Shown here: one piece after another, positions 12,496 to 29,200 of the stretch
Position numbering within the stretch: the stretch's first letter is position 1
Layout of the letters: each line of letters starts with the position of its first letter
Source of the DNA: Octopus vulgaris
Taxonomy: Eukaryota
Reading direction: 5' to 3'
NCBI GenBank assembly: GCA_951406725.2
Contig: OX597837.1
Location: forward strand, 16,554,001-16,618,000
Length of the DNA: 64,000 nucleotides
Program-made: the position numbers and the translations under genes
Notes under the pieces: generated by a model
The model's database searches: none
What the model saw: only the letters and a program-made list of their open reading frames with translations
What the model was told of the DNA's origin: nothing

Positions 12496-13504
12496 TTTCT
12501 CCTTTCCCACCATGCATCACCATTTTCAACTTGGAGTCGCTGCAACCCAATGGGTCACGGCAGGCACATTTCGTATGTATAACAGACTATGTTATTCAAT
12601 GTGATCCCTTCACTTCAAGACAATAGGGTATAATAGGGATATTTGATTATTTCTAGCAGACTGAATGGGAGCCATGTAGTGGCTCCCGTTAATGGTGTGG
12701 GTAACCAAAATATCAGAGTGTCTAGCTTAGGCTCAGAGTTCAAATTCTACTCAAAATGTTTTATAAGATTTCTTCTGAATTTACATTCTGAATTGAAATT
12801 CCATCAAGGTTGACATCACCTTTCATCCTTTTGGGGTTGATGAAATAAATACCAGTCAAGCAATGGAGTTGATTTCATCAACTAGCCCCATCCCCACAGA
12901 TTTTCAGGCCCTGTGCCTTTAATAGAAGAAAGAATTTTACTAGAGAGGTGACATAGGTAACTAAATGCTTTGCAGCATTTAGCCCTACGCGCTTGGCTTG
13001 AAATCCTGCAGATTGAGGGACTTAATTCAACAACAACACTCTTCCCACCAAATTTATGGCTTTGTGCCAAAGTAAGAAATCTATGATTTTATTACTAACA
13101 TTTCTATTTATTATTTCATCAAATACAAATATTTGGTAGATGTTCAAGGGTTGGTTATTGGAACTACATCCTTGTCACCAGTCATGGAGAGGAGTAGCAG
13201 CAAAGGTCATAGATACTGCCCTTGTTTCTCTGACTACAGTTTTGGACAGTTCGATGAAGGCTAAGCAGGCTGAAAATTTGAAGTCACTGTCAACACTATT
13301 CTTGTGAAGGGGAATAATGTGTATCTTTTATTTATTTTCTACTTATTTCAGTCATTAGACTGTGACCACACAGTAATTGGCCTAATTGAAGGTTTAGCCA
13401 GTACATAATTCTTCAAGTCTGGTACTTATTTTATCAAATTCTGTTAATCAAAATACTAAGTTATGGGACATAAATGTAAACACCAACACCAACACACACA
13501 CATT

Positions 13505-13895
13505 ATCATCATCATCATCTACTTTTCTATGTTTGCAGGAGACAGATGAAAACTGAGGCAGGTTTTTCTACAGCTGGAGACTCTTCCTGTCACCAACCCT
13601 CATTTGTTTCCAAGCAAGGTAATATTCTCCCATGACCAGAAGTTTTTTTTTTTTTTACAAGACTGGAAACAAACATCACTTGTATGACAGTGATGCTTGT
13701 TTAGAATTATCACATCATGTCAAAACAAGAGGACACACAAACACACATATGATGGGCTTCTTTCAGTTTCAATCTACCAAATCAACTCACAAGACATTAG
13801 TGAACCTGGAGCTATAGTAGAAGACAGTTGCCCAAAGTACCATACAAAGGGACTGAACCTGAGACCACATGATTGGGAAGCAAGCTTCTCCTATG
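13505..13895 (-). mobile_element. SINE family A head with RTE-type (GAT)n tail
   Basis: The family A head (13760-13895) is joined to ...cagctgtagaaa...gatgatgatg. Confidence 0.65.
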
Positions 13896-14352
13896 CCATC
13901 TATACTATTTTTGTCTATTAAATTTCACTTACAAAAACATTGGCCAATCCAAGTATACAGTAGAAGATGCTTGCCCAAAATGCCATGCAGCAGATGACAG
14001 CTGAATTCTTAAACATACAGCTACGACTGCATACATATATAAAAAAACATTTTCAACAGTTGTTATGAGATCTTAGTACTTTTGCCTTGCTGAGTAAGTC
14101 AAATAAGACAACAAAAGCACATACAGAGTTGTCAACATGGCTGGCAAAAATGAGACTCTTCTTATCCCTACCTATCTTTTGTCTTTAGCTTATTTCAGTC
14201 ATTAGACTGTGGTCATGCTGGTCTCCGCCTTGAAGAAATTTCTTTAGTTGAATAAATCGACCCCCAGTACTTACATTGTTTGAGTCTGGTATTTACTCTA
14301 TCGATTTCTTTTGCTGAACTGGTTGTCAAACAAACACATACATGCAGATATA

Positions 14353-14388
<36 letters not shown>

Positions 14389-16107
14389 GTCAATCCAAAC
14401 CATAACAAGCAAGAAAAAGTAACAATGCAAGGACGTGGTACAAGTACTGTGTTATTCACGTTTCTTGATCAGAAATATAAAAAAGAAGGGAAGACAGAGA
14501 AAGAAAATCGCCAACAATACACACGTGGTCACATACATACACATACACAGACTGACACAATGGGTTCATTTTAGTTTCTGGCAACAAAAATTGACTCACA
14601 AGGTTTTTTGTCAGCCTAATTGCTATAGTAGAAGATACTTGCCGATGGTGCCACACAGTAAAACTGAGTTTGAATAAATAAATATATGTGTCTGTATGTG
14701 TGTGTGTAAGTGTATCATCATTTTATGGCTGTTTTTTATGCTGGAATGGGTTGGAGGACCATGTCTTGCACCAATGATTCAAGTTTCAGTGTAGTTTCTA
14801 CATCTGGATGCTCTTCCTCAGACCAAACACTTTACAAACTACACTGAGTGCATTACTCAAGGCACTGTAGAGGTTATCCTGCAATCAGCAAGACTCATGA
14901 GCCGCTTCAAACTTTGTGTAGCCAATACTTGAATCAATTACCAAACAGTGTGTGCTGGGTGATTTTTGTAAGACACTTATACTTTACAGCTGCTCGAGAG
15001 AGCTCTTGTGATGGCTGGAACAGTGTTGAGGTGAAAGTAATGGATAAAACTGAGGAAAGGAAAGGATAAGAAGAAGAGTGATAGCGTCAAAGAGAGAAAG
15101 GTAAAGGAGACAAAGATGTTGAAGAGGTGAAGTAAGCAGGTGGATCCAGTGATACCATACCTGCATGGAGCTGATAGTTTGTCAGAGTCCAAGACAGTTC
15201 TCGTAGTTACACAAGTGGTGCAAGAAAGACCAAACAAAGATAATGTTAGGGAAAAAGTAATAAGAGAGAAAGTGAAAAGTAGTTTCATGGGGCTTGTGAA
15301 AGAGAGGGAGATGGTGGAGAAGAGTGAGTAGAAGGGGATGCAGTATTAGCTCACATTGTACATAGATGGGTAAAGGGGTACATGGAGAAAGGATAAAATG
15401 ATGGGGAGGAGCCAGAGTGTATCCTGAAGGTAAAATGTTCAAGAGGGTATAGAAACTGAAAAAAGGGGCCAGGGAAAGTAGGTTAAGGTCGCCTGAATGC
15501 AATTTATCACCACTCAAACATCCTGATTCAAAAAGAAGAAAGGGTAGCAGGGTATAGGTGATGGAGACACAAAGTGGATATATTCAACATATACAAATCA
15601 AGTACTTTCCTCTCAATTAGGGTAGCATAGTATGGAAAGTAGAAGGGAAGATGAGCCGACAGAGAATGGAATAGATACAACAGATGAGAAAAAAGAAAAA
15701 AGACGGTAAGGGATGTGATGGTATAGAATGGGCAATAGATGGAGGAAATGTGTGCAGCGTACAATAGCCAAAGGAGATACATGCTCCATTACACTATTTC
15801 AACAAGTATTTCACCATCCTTGCCCATACATACACACACACACACACATATATAATGTATGTATATATAAATGTGTGTGTATGTATGTAATCATCATCAT
15901 TTTAAAGGTCACTTTTCCATGCTTGCAACAATTGGAGTTTACCAAGGCAGATTTTCTATAGCTTAATGCTCTTCCAATTGCCAACACCACATGTTTCCAA
16001 ACAAAGAAATATTCACCCATGGCCAGACATGACCTCACAGAATATTGAAAATAACTGTATATATATATTTATATTTATTATTATTATTTAATAATAATAA
16101 TAATAAT

Positions 16108-16154
<47 letters not shown>

Positions 16155-16164
16155 CATATATATA

Positions 16165-16720
16165 CGAGACTATAACCCGTGGCCTATGCCAGGAGCATAA
16201 CCAGCCCGCTTATGCGTACCTTTTCCTTCTTTGGTCACTAAACTTTACTTGCGAAGACCTGATGAGACAAGTGAAATCAAAATCATTTTGATGACTGGCA
16301 TCCATGCCAGCGGGGTGCAAAGAGCACCATATGATTGTGATCATTGACAGAGTGGCTATTCGAGTATGATCGTTACCAGCGTCGCTTTACTGGCACTTAT
16401 GCCTGTGCTAGTAGGATGCCATGAACACCATCCGAGCATGATCGTTGCCAGAGCAGCCAACTGGCTTCCGTACACATGGCACGTGTAAAAAGATTCGAGT
16501 GAGGTCATTGCCAGTACCGCCTGACTGGCCCCCATGCAGGTGGCACGTAAAAAGCACCCACTACACTCTCGGAGTGGTTGGTGTCAGGAAGGGCATCCAG
16601 CTGTAGAAACTCTGCCAGATCAAGACTGGAGCCTGGTGCAGCCATCTGGTTGCCAGCCCCCTCAGTCAAAATCGTCCAACTCATGCTAACATGGAAACCG
16701 GATGTTAAATGAAGATGATG
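16165..16720 (+). mobile_element. RTE family 2 LINE, 3'UTR only
   Basis: Closely matches 24490-25000 and ends catgctaacatggaaaccggatgttaaatgaagatgatg. Confidence 0.85.
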
Positions 16721-17050
16721 ATATATATATATATATATATATATATGTTTTCTTAACAGTCTTTCTTTTTTATTTAATAAGTAGTGAGAATTCATAAAAA
16801 AATAGAAGGAACAGAAACAAACTGTTTAATAGTTGAGTGCATGAAAGAAAGTTTGTTTAGAATAACTCCATCCTCTTTCACTGAGAGAGAAAATCAAATC
16901 AAATATGATGTAGCTGTTAAGTTACTAAACTGAACAATAGAGACTAGTGCTGTGAAAAATATTACTGAATATGTCAGACACATACAGTGAATCAAACGCA
17001 TGGTCATCATCATTTAACATCCATCTTCCATGCATGTATGGGTAGGTCAT

Positions 17051-17960
17051 ATCTGGAAAATGGACTTCATGAAACGACTGCAACCTCCATTTCAAATGCA
17101 TAGATGATCAACTAACAATGGAATACAGAATTCTATATTTATGAACAAGAATGTTTGTTCCCTACCAACTACACAACAGTCATGATTCACATTTGGGTAT
17201 TCAACAAATGCTCAGTAAAATTTCTCTTGAGTTCTGGTGGTCAAACATGGATCAAGGTGTGACTACCTTCATTTCCAGCTGCGCTGCTTCTCAGCAGAAT
17301 CAAAGTACAAAAGACTATTCAATAGCAATGTGGAATAAGGATAGTCCTTGGGAATGTTTTCATATGGATTGGGCTTTCATGAACTGCATTGGCAATTTAC
17401 TCACTGTTGTCAGTTCGTATTCCAACTATATCGATGCCATCCGTTGCATCTCATCCAAAAAGAAAAATGTACCAAAGTGCTTGATGCGTCTCTTTGGTCT
17501 GTCTGGACTCTCAAAAGTTACCGTATCAGACAGTGCATCTGAATTTACAGCATTGAAAGGTTGGTTATCGACACCTACTGATCATCCACAGTCAAATGGG
17601 CGACCTGAGCAAGCTGTCCATACCATCAAACATGCTTTATTTGCATGGAATCCACTTGCTGACGACTGGTATCCCTATTTACTCAATCATCAATCTTCAA
17701 GAGGCAGGAAAGCTGCTTCTCCTGGGGAAAGATTATTTGGAAGACCATTACATACCAGTTGCAATCCATGATCCACACCATTTACTAACGTCTGGTACAG
17801 CAACAAATGCATGAAGAAAGCAAGTCCTGTCACATGTCTGGTACAGAAAGATGCAAATACTGCAATCATCACAAATGAAAATAAAAGCTGGATAGCTAGT
17901 TTCAACCAATTGCTCCCATTGACAGACAGTTGTCAACTTGTCCAGGTAGGAATCAACTTG
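17051..17960 (+). pseudogene. Ty3/Gypsy LTR retrotransposon integrase fragment
   Basis: ORF 17151-17771: HDSHLG...FWWSNMD...C (H2C2-like), PWECFHMDWAF, VSDSASEF, HPQSNGRPEQAV, SPGERLFGR. Confidence 0.85.
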
Positions 17961-18218
17961 AGGTTAGGCAATGATAACTGTGGCCTCAAGGTAGAGAAAC
18001 CTAAGCTTCAAACATACGGAATTGACAAGATGATGATTGGAGTAAACTGGTGATGTAACAGAAAAAGAAACCCACCAAATTGACTTTCTTATTGATGTAG
18101 CAAACGTCATGCATTGAACTCCTAATGAATATATAACAAATGCTGCATATATGCTTAAATAATTAAAAACTGCCAGTCACATGGCATGTATGAGTTTTAC
18201 GTGGACATGTCCATTTTT

Positions 18219-18276
<58 letters not shown>

Positions 18277-18954
18277 CAATTAAAATAAACAACGACACAC
18301 AGTTGGTTCCAATGCTACAGGATCACAGTTGAAGTTGTTTCCCCTTCTCTGCTATTGATTGTGCATCTGCTATGATGAGATAGAAATTTCTGTTTACAGC
18401 TATTAGAACTTCTTTCCTATACTGGTGCTTATGAAATAAGCAAATAACAAAACTTGACACATTGGAATTAGAACTAGCAGCATAAAACACTGGAATGAAT
18501 GCAACAAGGAATTTTTTCCAATGCTCTAATGATTCTGCCAGTCCAAAGCTCTCAATAATAATAATCCTTTCTACTATAGGCACAAATCCTGAAATTTGGG
18601 AGAGGGGGATAATCAATAACATGGACCCCAGTGTTTCACTGGTATGTATTTTATTGACCCTGAACACATGAAAGACAAAGTCGACCCTTGCGGAATTTGA
18701 ACTCAGAACGTAAAGACGGACTAAGCATTTGCACATCCAATAATCAAGCCACTAAGTAGTCACTCAATCAGCTAGAAGCAGCAGTCAAATCTCTCTCTCA
18801 AATAATACCTCCTATCTTAAAAAGAGTATGACATGTTCACCAATGTAGTCCTAGATATACAACAAAAGGAAGAGATCGATAGGAAAGTTATATCCGTAAT
18901 ACTTGGGAGTCATCACTAGTTGATCAGTGCTGACCTGGGGCTAAGCAACATCAT

Positions 18955-19180
18955 ACCTATTTCTTTATTACCCACAAGGGGCTAAACATAGAGGGGACAA
19001 ACAAGGACAGACATAGATATTAAGTCGATTATATCGACCCCAGTGCGTAACTGGTACTTAATTTATCGACCCCGAAAGGATGAAAGGCAAAGTCGACCTC
19101 GGCGGGATTTGAACTCATGTAATGGCAGACGAAATACCGCTAAGCATTTCGCCCACCGTCCTAACGATTCTGCCAACCAC
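18955..19180 (-). mobile_element. SINE family B (Deu/Nin-like central domain)
   Basis: Reverse of gaggtcgactttgcctttcatcctttcggggtcgataaa; another copy lies at about 18560-18735. Confidence 0.75.
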
Positions 19181-19579
19181 CAGTTTCAAGACTTTACTTT
19201 GTTTCAAAGATTCATGGGGTATCCTATCACACCATGTAGACACCACGCCACCACCATCACCATAAATCTGTTTTTGACTCCATCACATGCTTGTTAAATA
19301 TTTGCCCTCTCCCCAAGCTAGAATTTCAGTCAAAAAATTTTGGCCAATCTTTTAAGGGACTGTGTCTGTCTGTCTCTCCCCTTTCCTTGAATTAGAGCAA
19401 CTGCTGATGTGGGTAAGGGATATTGCCAAAGAGAAAAAAAAAGTGAAGTTTTTCTTTTACCTACACACCATCCATATGACCTACTTTGACAATTACAACA
19501 CTGCTTCTTTCTTTCTTCCTTTCTCCCTCCTATTTTCTTCATTTCACTTCATTCTTTTCTATCCCGGGGGGGGGGGTAT

Positions 19580-19860
19580 CATTGGATAGCAGTTATGCTG
19601 GGGCACTACATTCACACACACATTTTTAACCAATTTCAGTCATTGAACATTGGCCATACAGGAGCACCACACACCATCCCTTCATTTACAACTGATTTCA
19701 GTCACTGGACAGCGGTCATGTTGGAACACCACCGTAACACATGCATTTCTAACCAATTCAGTCATTGGACAGCGGCCATGCTGGAGTACTGCTTTCATAC
19801 ATGCATTTTTTATGCCAGTCACTGAACAACAGCTATCCTGGGACACCACCTTCACATATA
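19580..19860 (-). repeat. about 60-bp minisatellite (about 5 units) derived from the SINE A/CR1 3' tail
   Basis: Repeated units like cagtcattggacagcggccatgctggagcaccac. Confidence 0.7.
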
Positions 19861-20674
19861 CACAGTGTCTATTTAGTAATTTCCTAAATTTGATATACAT
19901 TCAAATACCAATAGTGATGACACCTACTTTCAAATTTTTTTTATTTTATATCAAGAGAATCCTGTCTGTGTACTTGAGTAAATTATGGCATTTTGAGAGA
20001 ATGGCTTGGTTTTGCTTTTCTTTTAAAATGTATTAAATTATCAATTTGAATATTTATTTATTTAGTGGCACTGTCGCAATGTTGAAGACTCAGTCTTGAA
20101 GAATGTGCCGCATTCCTGTAAAAAATGCCCGCTGATTCCAATCCTATTTTCATCTAACTGTAGTTAGGTGACGTGTGTGTGTGTGTGTTGTCACAGTAAA
20201 TATATAACATATTTAAGATTTTGCACCATCAACTTTATGAACTATGTATGTATGTACATATATAAATCCATCCGCACATACACATGCACATATATGTGTG
20301 ATGATGTCAGTAACTTGCTAGAAATTGCAGTCGATATTCACTCAAATCGCAACCTGCAGTTATTTATTTATTTATTTAACCAAAAATGCAGAATGGTCAT
20401 GGCTGGAATGTCTTTCATAAGGCTACTCGATTATGGCTGACCTGACACTCAACAACAGATTACCTCTTGGTCAGACATTGCAAGTGAGAGGAGTCGACCA
20501 ACGATCTCGATCGATAATGGATCATTTAAAAAGCAATGTTATTCTCATCACACAAATACAGCAGAAATTTTGAGTCCGGAAAAAAAATGATCCCTATCAG
20601 AAATTCCTTTTTCGCACAGACACACAGACACAAAGGAGGGTCGGACGAGGCGAGCGGGAAACTTTTCAGCTTAC

Positions 20675-20739
20675 CAAATTCCATTTCCAGCAGCTCATAG
20701 CTGAAGTCTGTCAGGACAGACATTTGACATTCTTTCATA
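20675..20739 (-). other. candidate host-gene exon (65 nt)
   Basis: Pyrimidine tract plus ccttaacag acceptor and TTG|gtaagc donor in a CpG-rich, non-repetitive patch; it reads MKECQMSVLTDFSYELLEMEF (phase 1) or MSCWKWNL (phase 0). Confidence 0.4.
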
Positions 20740-21582
20740 CTGTTAAGGAGTCGATAAAAATGCCGAAATAAACAAATAAAATAAACGCGCAAGTAGCTGC
20801 GATCGATAACCATCATTACTAGCAAGTTATCGACGATATCAACCCACCCACAATTATTTAAAAAAAACATGGGACCAAAGAGTAACACCTCTTCCTCGCC
20901 AGTCAACTTTCTAGAAAGGTGATCGCTTGGGCGGCTAAGAAATAGCAGCCAAATCTATGTAAAATCGCAACCTATCATGTTAGGAGGCGCATATAATATA
21001 ATGACTTTAGAGATATATATGACGGTCTGGATACAAATTCTAAAGAACGACGGAATGGTCATGGCTAGAATGCTTCCAATAGGTATTTCTACGCGATCCC
21101 AACCTACTCAGGGTTAAACCACAACAAAATAAAAATAGTTCTTTCTAGCGTTAGTGAAAAAAGAGTGTATTATTATTATTAGGTGTTATAGTGATATACA
21201 GCACTGGCTGGCAATGAACACTGTAAGTAAGAAGGCAAATACACACACCCAGAACATAATCCAAAATTGGATATGGAAAGAGCGTGAAAGCTACCTGGTT
21301 ACAACAGGGTAAGTGCGCATGTGGGTGTGAACGCATACATAAAGGTGCTAGCGTGTATTTTCTTTAGTTTGTATCAGCCATCACGGTCGCGGCCATGCTG
21401 GAGTACGGATTTTCAGAAAATGTAATGTACCCGTATAAATGTGCGTCAATTCGCAGAAGGCAAACAAGATTTTATTCAGACCAATAAATCTCCTTAAAAA
21501 AGAAGGGATCTAGCTGAGCATCACAGACACCTTGTTTGTTATCCCCCTTACCTGTCTGTCTTGTTTTTTCTATAATGTTGAA

Positions 21583-21631
<49 letters not shown>

Positions 21632-21658
21632 AATACACACACGCACATTATTATCATT

Positions 21659-21699
<41 letters not shown>

Positions 21700-21912
21700 G
21701 ACGGCGAGCTGGCAGAGAATCGTTAGCACGCTGGGCAAACCGTATTTCGTCTGTCTTAACGTTCTGAGTTCAACTTTTACCGAGGTCGACTTTGTCTATC
21801 ATCCTTTCGAGGTCGATAAAATAAGTGCCAGTAAAACACTGGAATCGATGTAATCGACTTATCCTTCTCCCAAAATGACTGCCCTTGTGGCAAAATGTGA
21901 AACCATTATTAT
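21700..21912 (+). mobile_element. SINE family B, near full length
   Basis: ggcgagctggcagagaatcgttagc head, gttctgagttcaa B-box, Deu/Nin-like core and (ATT)n tail. Confidence 0.8.
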
Positions 21913-22243
21913 TATACGTAACACAAAAACCAAACAATACACACATATCAATAACGTGTATACAAATGTTTTTTTTTAGTCGTGTTTTAATAAAAACAAT
22001 ATTAAATTAAGCAAAGTAACCGAAGGATTACTCAGAACTTTTTGTAAGGTCTTTCACAAGACTTAGGCAAGAGTTACGTTGGTTCGAGGGGTAGGGGTCA
22101 AAAAGATTTTATCTAAAATCGTAAAGGGACGTATCTAACTACAGTGACACACAACTAGTGCATAGTTTCTTACATTGGTACACGCCACAAACATATATAT
22201 ATATATATATATATATACAGAAAGAGAGAGAGATAAATATGTG

Positions 22244-22318
<75 letters not shown>

Positions 22319-22329
22319 TCATATATAGG

Positions 22330-22968
22330 TGTCAGTCATCATACCACATTTCTCTTCCTTTGTACGGCCACACCTCGAATACTGCTGCCCACTGTGGTCT
22401 CCCCATACAAGACAAAACATTTCAAGGATTGAATCACCCCAGAGGGCACTCACTAAACGAATTGAAGGCATGGCTGCTCTTGATTATTGGGACCGCCTTA
22501 AAGCCTTGAAACTCTACTCTCTCCAGCACTGCCGCGAGTGGTACATCATTTGTACGATGTGGAGAACATACCGCCAACTTTGCCCAAACGACCTGAACAT
22601 TAGCTTCAAGGTTCATCCTAGACTGGGACCACGGGCCAAACGTCCCCTGCCCAATTCAGGATCACAGCATATAGGTACACTGCAACATAATTTCTTTTCC
22701 TCAACAGGCCCTGTCCTGTTTAACATTGTCCCGAAAGAGATCAAAGAGGAAAAGGATCCCATCAACTTTAAACGGAGTCTGGATAGATTTCTTCAAGGAA
22801 TACCGGATAAGCCACCCATAACTGGATACAACTCACCCAACAAGAACTCACTACTTGAATGAACTATAAACAAAACTTGACTTAAACAGGATTTAGATAA
22901 TCCTATCAGGTGGTGCTATTAAGTTAGACATGGCCTGGACCAATCTTCGGTCGAAACATATCTAAGTT
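22330..22968 (+). mobile_element. CR1-group LINE 3' end (family X)
   Basis: ORF 22329-22862 FVRPHLEYCCPLWSP...YWDRLKALKLYSLQ; 3'UTR ggtggtgctattaagttagacatggcc. Confidence 0.9.
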
Positions 22969-22981
22969 TATATAAATATAT

Positions 22982-23013
<32 letters not shown>

Positions 23014-23061
23014 AATATATATATTATATATAGAGATATATACATATATATAGAGAGAGAG

Positions 23062-23092
<31 letters not shown>

Positions 23093-23121
23093 GAGATATA
23101 TACATATATATATAGAGAGAG

Positions 23122-23200
<79 letters not shown>

Positions 23201-23213
23201 TATATAGAGAGAG

Positions 23214-23282
<69 letters not shown>

Positions 23283-23792
23283 AGTAGTTGAATGAATTAT
23301 CTTGTTATGGATAATTCGGCTAACCGATACCTGGGTAGCAAATTCACATCAGAGAAGACATGTTTGAAGTTACGTGCTTTCGTGTGGAAATTTGTATGTT
23401 TTTGTAAATATAAATTTACTTATATTTATATTCTCTTTTATATATATTCTACTTATTACACGTACACTTTTTATGTACACTACTGTATGTACACTGATTT
23501 GTTCTGCTTTTTATATGTAACCCTACAGTCTCTTATGTGGTGGTTTAATAAAGCATGTGATTGAGTATTATCTGGTAATTGATATTTGATTTAGATGTAT
23601 TTCTCCATTTTCTTATCTTGTATTAGTAATTTGTGGTAAATCATTTTACCTTTGCCCATATAATACAGTAAATGAATTGATTGCATCGCAATCATTAACA
23701 TTTATGTATTAACTTTGTTGGGTACTTCACTAGCAGTATATTGGATATATGTTATCCCATGGAGGGTTGCATTTACAACCCCTATCTCAATT

Positions 23793-23834
<42 letters not shown>

Positions 23835-23929
23835 AGATAGATAGACAGACAGACAGACAGATAGATAGATAAATAGATATAAAAATATATATTATATATA
23901 GATATATATATATAAATATATATATGTAG

Positions 23930-25000
23930 ATTGACCAAGTCAGTAGCGGGGGTGGGTGCACTGAAAGTGTAGCTGCTAGAATAAGAATAGCCTGGGCAAA
24001 GTTCAGAGAGCTCTTACCTCTGCTGGTGACAAAGGCCCTCTCGCTCAGAGTAAAAAGTAGACTGTATGACGCATGTGTACGAACAGCCATGCTACATGGC
24101 AGTGAAACATGGGCCGTGACTGCTGAGGACATGCGTAAGCTCATGAGGAATGAAGCCAGTATGCTCTGATGGATGTGTAATGTCAGTGTGCGCACTCGAC
24201 AGAGTGTAAGTACCTTGAGAGAAAAGTTGGACCTAAGAAGCATCAGATGTAGTGTGCAAGAGAGATGACTGCACTGGTATGGTCATGTGGCGAGAATAGA
24301 TAAAGATAGCTGTGTGAAAAAGTGCCACACGCTAGCGGTTGAGGAAACCTGTGGAAGAGGAAAACCCAGGAAGATCTGGGATGAAGTGGTGAAGCACGAC
24401 CTTCAAACATTAGGCTTGCCCGAGGCAATGACTAGTAACTGAGACTTTTGGAAATATGCTGTGCTTGAGAAGACCCAGCAAGCCAAATGAGACTATAACC
24501 TTGTGGCCGATGCCAGGGGTGTAACCAGCCAACTTATGCGTACCTTCCCTTCATTGGACACCGCTTGTGAAGACCTGTTGAGGCAAGTGAAATTGGAATC
24601 AAATTCGATGACTGGCATCCGTACTAGTGGAGCACTAAGAGCACCATCTGAGCGTGATCGTTGCCAGAGCGGCTAACTGGCTTCCATGCCAGTGGCACGT
24701 AAAAAGCACCATTCGAGCATGATCGTTACCAGTGTCGCCTTAATGGCATTTGTACAGGTGACACGCAAAAAATAAAAAAAACAATTTTTTCATGGCCATT
24801 GCCAATACCGCCTGACTGGCCCTCATGCCGGTGGCACGTAAGAGCACCCAATACACTCTCGGAGTGGTTGGCATTAGGAAGGGCATCATGCTGTAGAAAA
24901 TATGCCAGATCAAGATTGGAGCCTGCTGCAGCCATCTGGTTCGCCAGTCCTCACACAAATCGTCCAACCCATGCTAGCGGACGTTAAACGATGATGATGA
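23930..25000 (+). mobile_element. RTE family 2 LINE, 5'-truncated
   Basis: RLYDACVRTAMLHGSETW...WYGHVARI, a long 3'UTR and a (GAT)n tail. Confidence 0.9.
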
Positions 25001-25339
25001 TATGATATATATATATATATATATACATATATATAAGATATATATATAACTATATAGATATATATATATATAAATATATATATAAGATACATATATAAAC
25101 ATATATATATATAAGATATATATATACATATATACATACCTATATATATATATATTTTTTTTTTTCTAGTTTCAGCTCAGAGCTGCGGCCATGCTGATGC
25201 ACTGCCGTTTATATATATATATATATACATATATATCTATATACATATTTATAGATATATATATATCTATATACATATTTATAGATATATATATATCTAT
25301 ATACATACCTATAGATATATATATATATCTATATACATA

Positions 25340-25818
<479 letters not shown>

Positions 25819-25820
25819 AC

Positions 25821-25922
<102 letters not shown>

Positions 25923-25935
25923 TATATATATTATA

Positions 25936-26079
<144 letters not shown>

Positions 26080-26226
26080 CTATATACATATATATATATA
26101 TATACATATATATATATCTATATACATATATATATATCTATATACATATATATATATCTATATACATATATATATATCTATATACATATATATATATCTA
26201 TATACATATATATATATATATATATC

Positions 26227-26276
<50 letters not shown>

Positions 26277-26345
26277 CAGGTGGTGCTATTAAGTTAGACA
26301 TGGCCTGGGCCAATAATGGCCAAAACCTATCAAAGTATCAAAGTA
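26277..26345 (+). mobile_element. CR1 family X extreme 3' tail
   Basis: caggtggtgctattaagttagacatggcctgg is identical to 22907-22938. Confidence 0.8.
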
Positions 26346-26363
26346 TATATATATATATACATA

Positions 26364-26448
<85 letters not shown>

Positions 26449-26458
26449 ATATACATAC

Positions 26459-26514
<56 letters not shown>

Positions 26515-26553
26515 ATACCTATATATATATACATACCTATATATATATATATC

Positions 26554-26644
<91 letters not shown>

Positions 26645-26645
<1 letters not shown>

Positions 26646-26800
26646 TATGGAGTGGTTGGCGTTAGGAAGGGCATCCAGCTGTAGAAACACTGCCACATCT
26701 GACTGGCCTGGTGCAGCCTTCGGGCTTCCCAGACCCCAGTTGAACCGTCCAACCCATGCTAGCATGGAAAGCGGACGTTAAACGATGATGATGATGATGA
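26645..26800 (+). mobile_element. RTE family 2 3' tail
   Basis: gagtggttggcgttaggaagggcatccagctg...catgctagcatggaaagcggacgttaaacgatgatg. Confidence 0.85.
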
Positions 26801-26838
26801 TATATATATATACATACCTATATATATATATATACATA

Positions 26839-27054
<216 letters not shown>

Positions 27055-27081
27055 CATATATATATACATACCTATATATAC

Positions 27082-27174
<93 letters not shown>

Positions 27175-27191
27175 CTATATATATATACATA

Positions 27192-27333
<142 letters not shown>

Positions 27334-27361
27334 CATACCTATATATATATATATATATATA

Positions 27362-27822
<461 letters not shown>

Positions 27823-27873
27823 ATATATATACATACCTATATATATATATATACATACCTATATATATACATA

Positions 27874-28281
<408 letters not shown>

Positions 28282-28332
28282 CCTATATATATATATATAT
28301 ATATATATACCTATATATATATATATATATAT

Positions 28333-28402
<70 letters not shown>

Positions 28403-28403
28403 C

Positions 28404-28505
<102 letters not shown>

Positions 28506-28892
28506 ATCGACAAAGTGATGGAATGACTATTAGAAATTCCTGGCAATGGGGGCGAGCGGAAAGATTCGAGGTAAAACACTCTGGATAGATTGTAATTTAC
28601 GTTATCAAGTCCAGTTCCGTAATATTCCTGCAGTTGATTCATAACAAAGGCATCAGAGATATTGTTTAGAGGGGAGTAGGATTCGATTTTATCGACCTTA
28701 TTACATAACTAGAACTTGTTTTAGCGACCCTGGAAGGATGAAAGACAAAACTACAAACTCACATCCTAGTGTGTGTATTCATATACTACGTATATATATA
28801 TATATATACATGTATAACGTATGAGTGTGTATATGTGTAGCGACTCCTTTATCGAGACGATCTGACCAGTGAACATAATTTTAAATACTTAC

Positions 28893-29200
28893 CATAATGA
28901 CAACAACGCTAATGTTGATTTATCAAACTTAAAAAGTACAAGGGCCCCACCCCCCGGAAGATTCGGAAGAAAGGGGTTCAGCAATAGAAGATCTTTTTTT
29001 TCTTTTTCTTTTTCTTTTTTTGTGCTTTTCAATGAGTAGAAATTATTCTCTCTGAAACATGAAAACTCCCAAAGAATACAAAGTAGGTCAACTTTATCAG
29101 GGTTAACCAGGGCTAACACAGCAACAGCAAGAAGAGAGGAAAAGAGAAATAAAGAGTTGAGATATGATGGAAACAATGGAGGGACAGAAAAAAGGGGAGG
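28893..29200 (-). other. candidate alternative first exon ending in ATG
   Basis: ttgtcattATG|GTAAGTAT donor in unique sequence; the upstream boundary is unknown. Confidence 0.35.

Noticed and set aside
14980-15800. Purine-rich ORF cluster
   Set aside because: This is probably an ancient LINE relic (MEHVSP-like motif on the minus strand) and is too decayed to classify.
18323-18450. Possible internal coding exon on the minus strand
   Set aside because: There is an acceptor-like AG but no convincing donor or recognisable protein; most of the ORF is SINE-derived.
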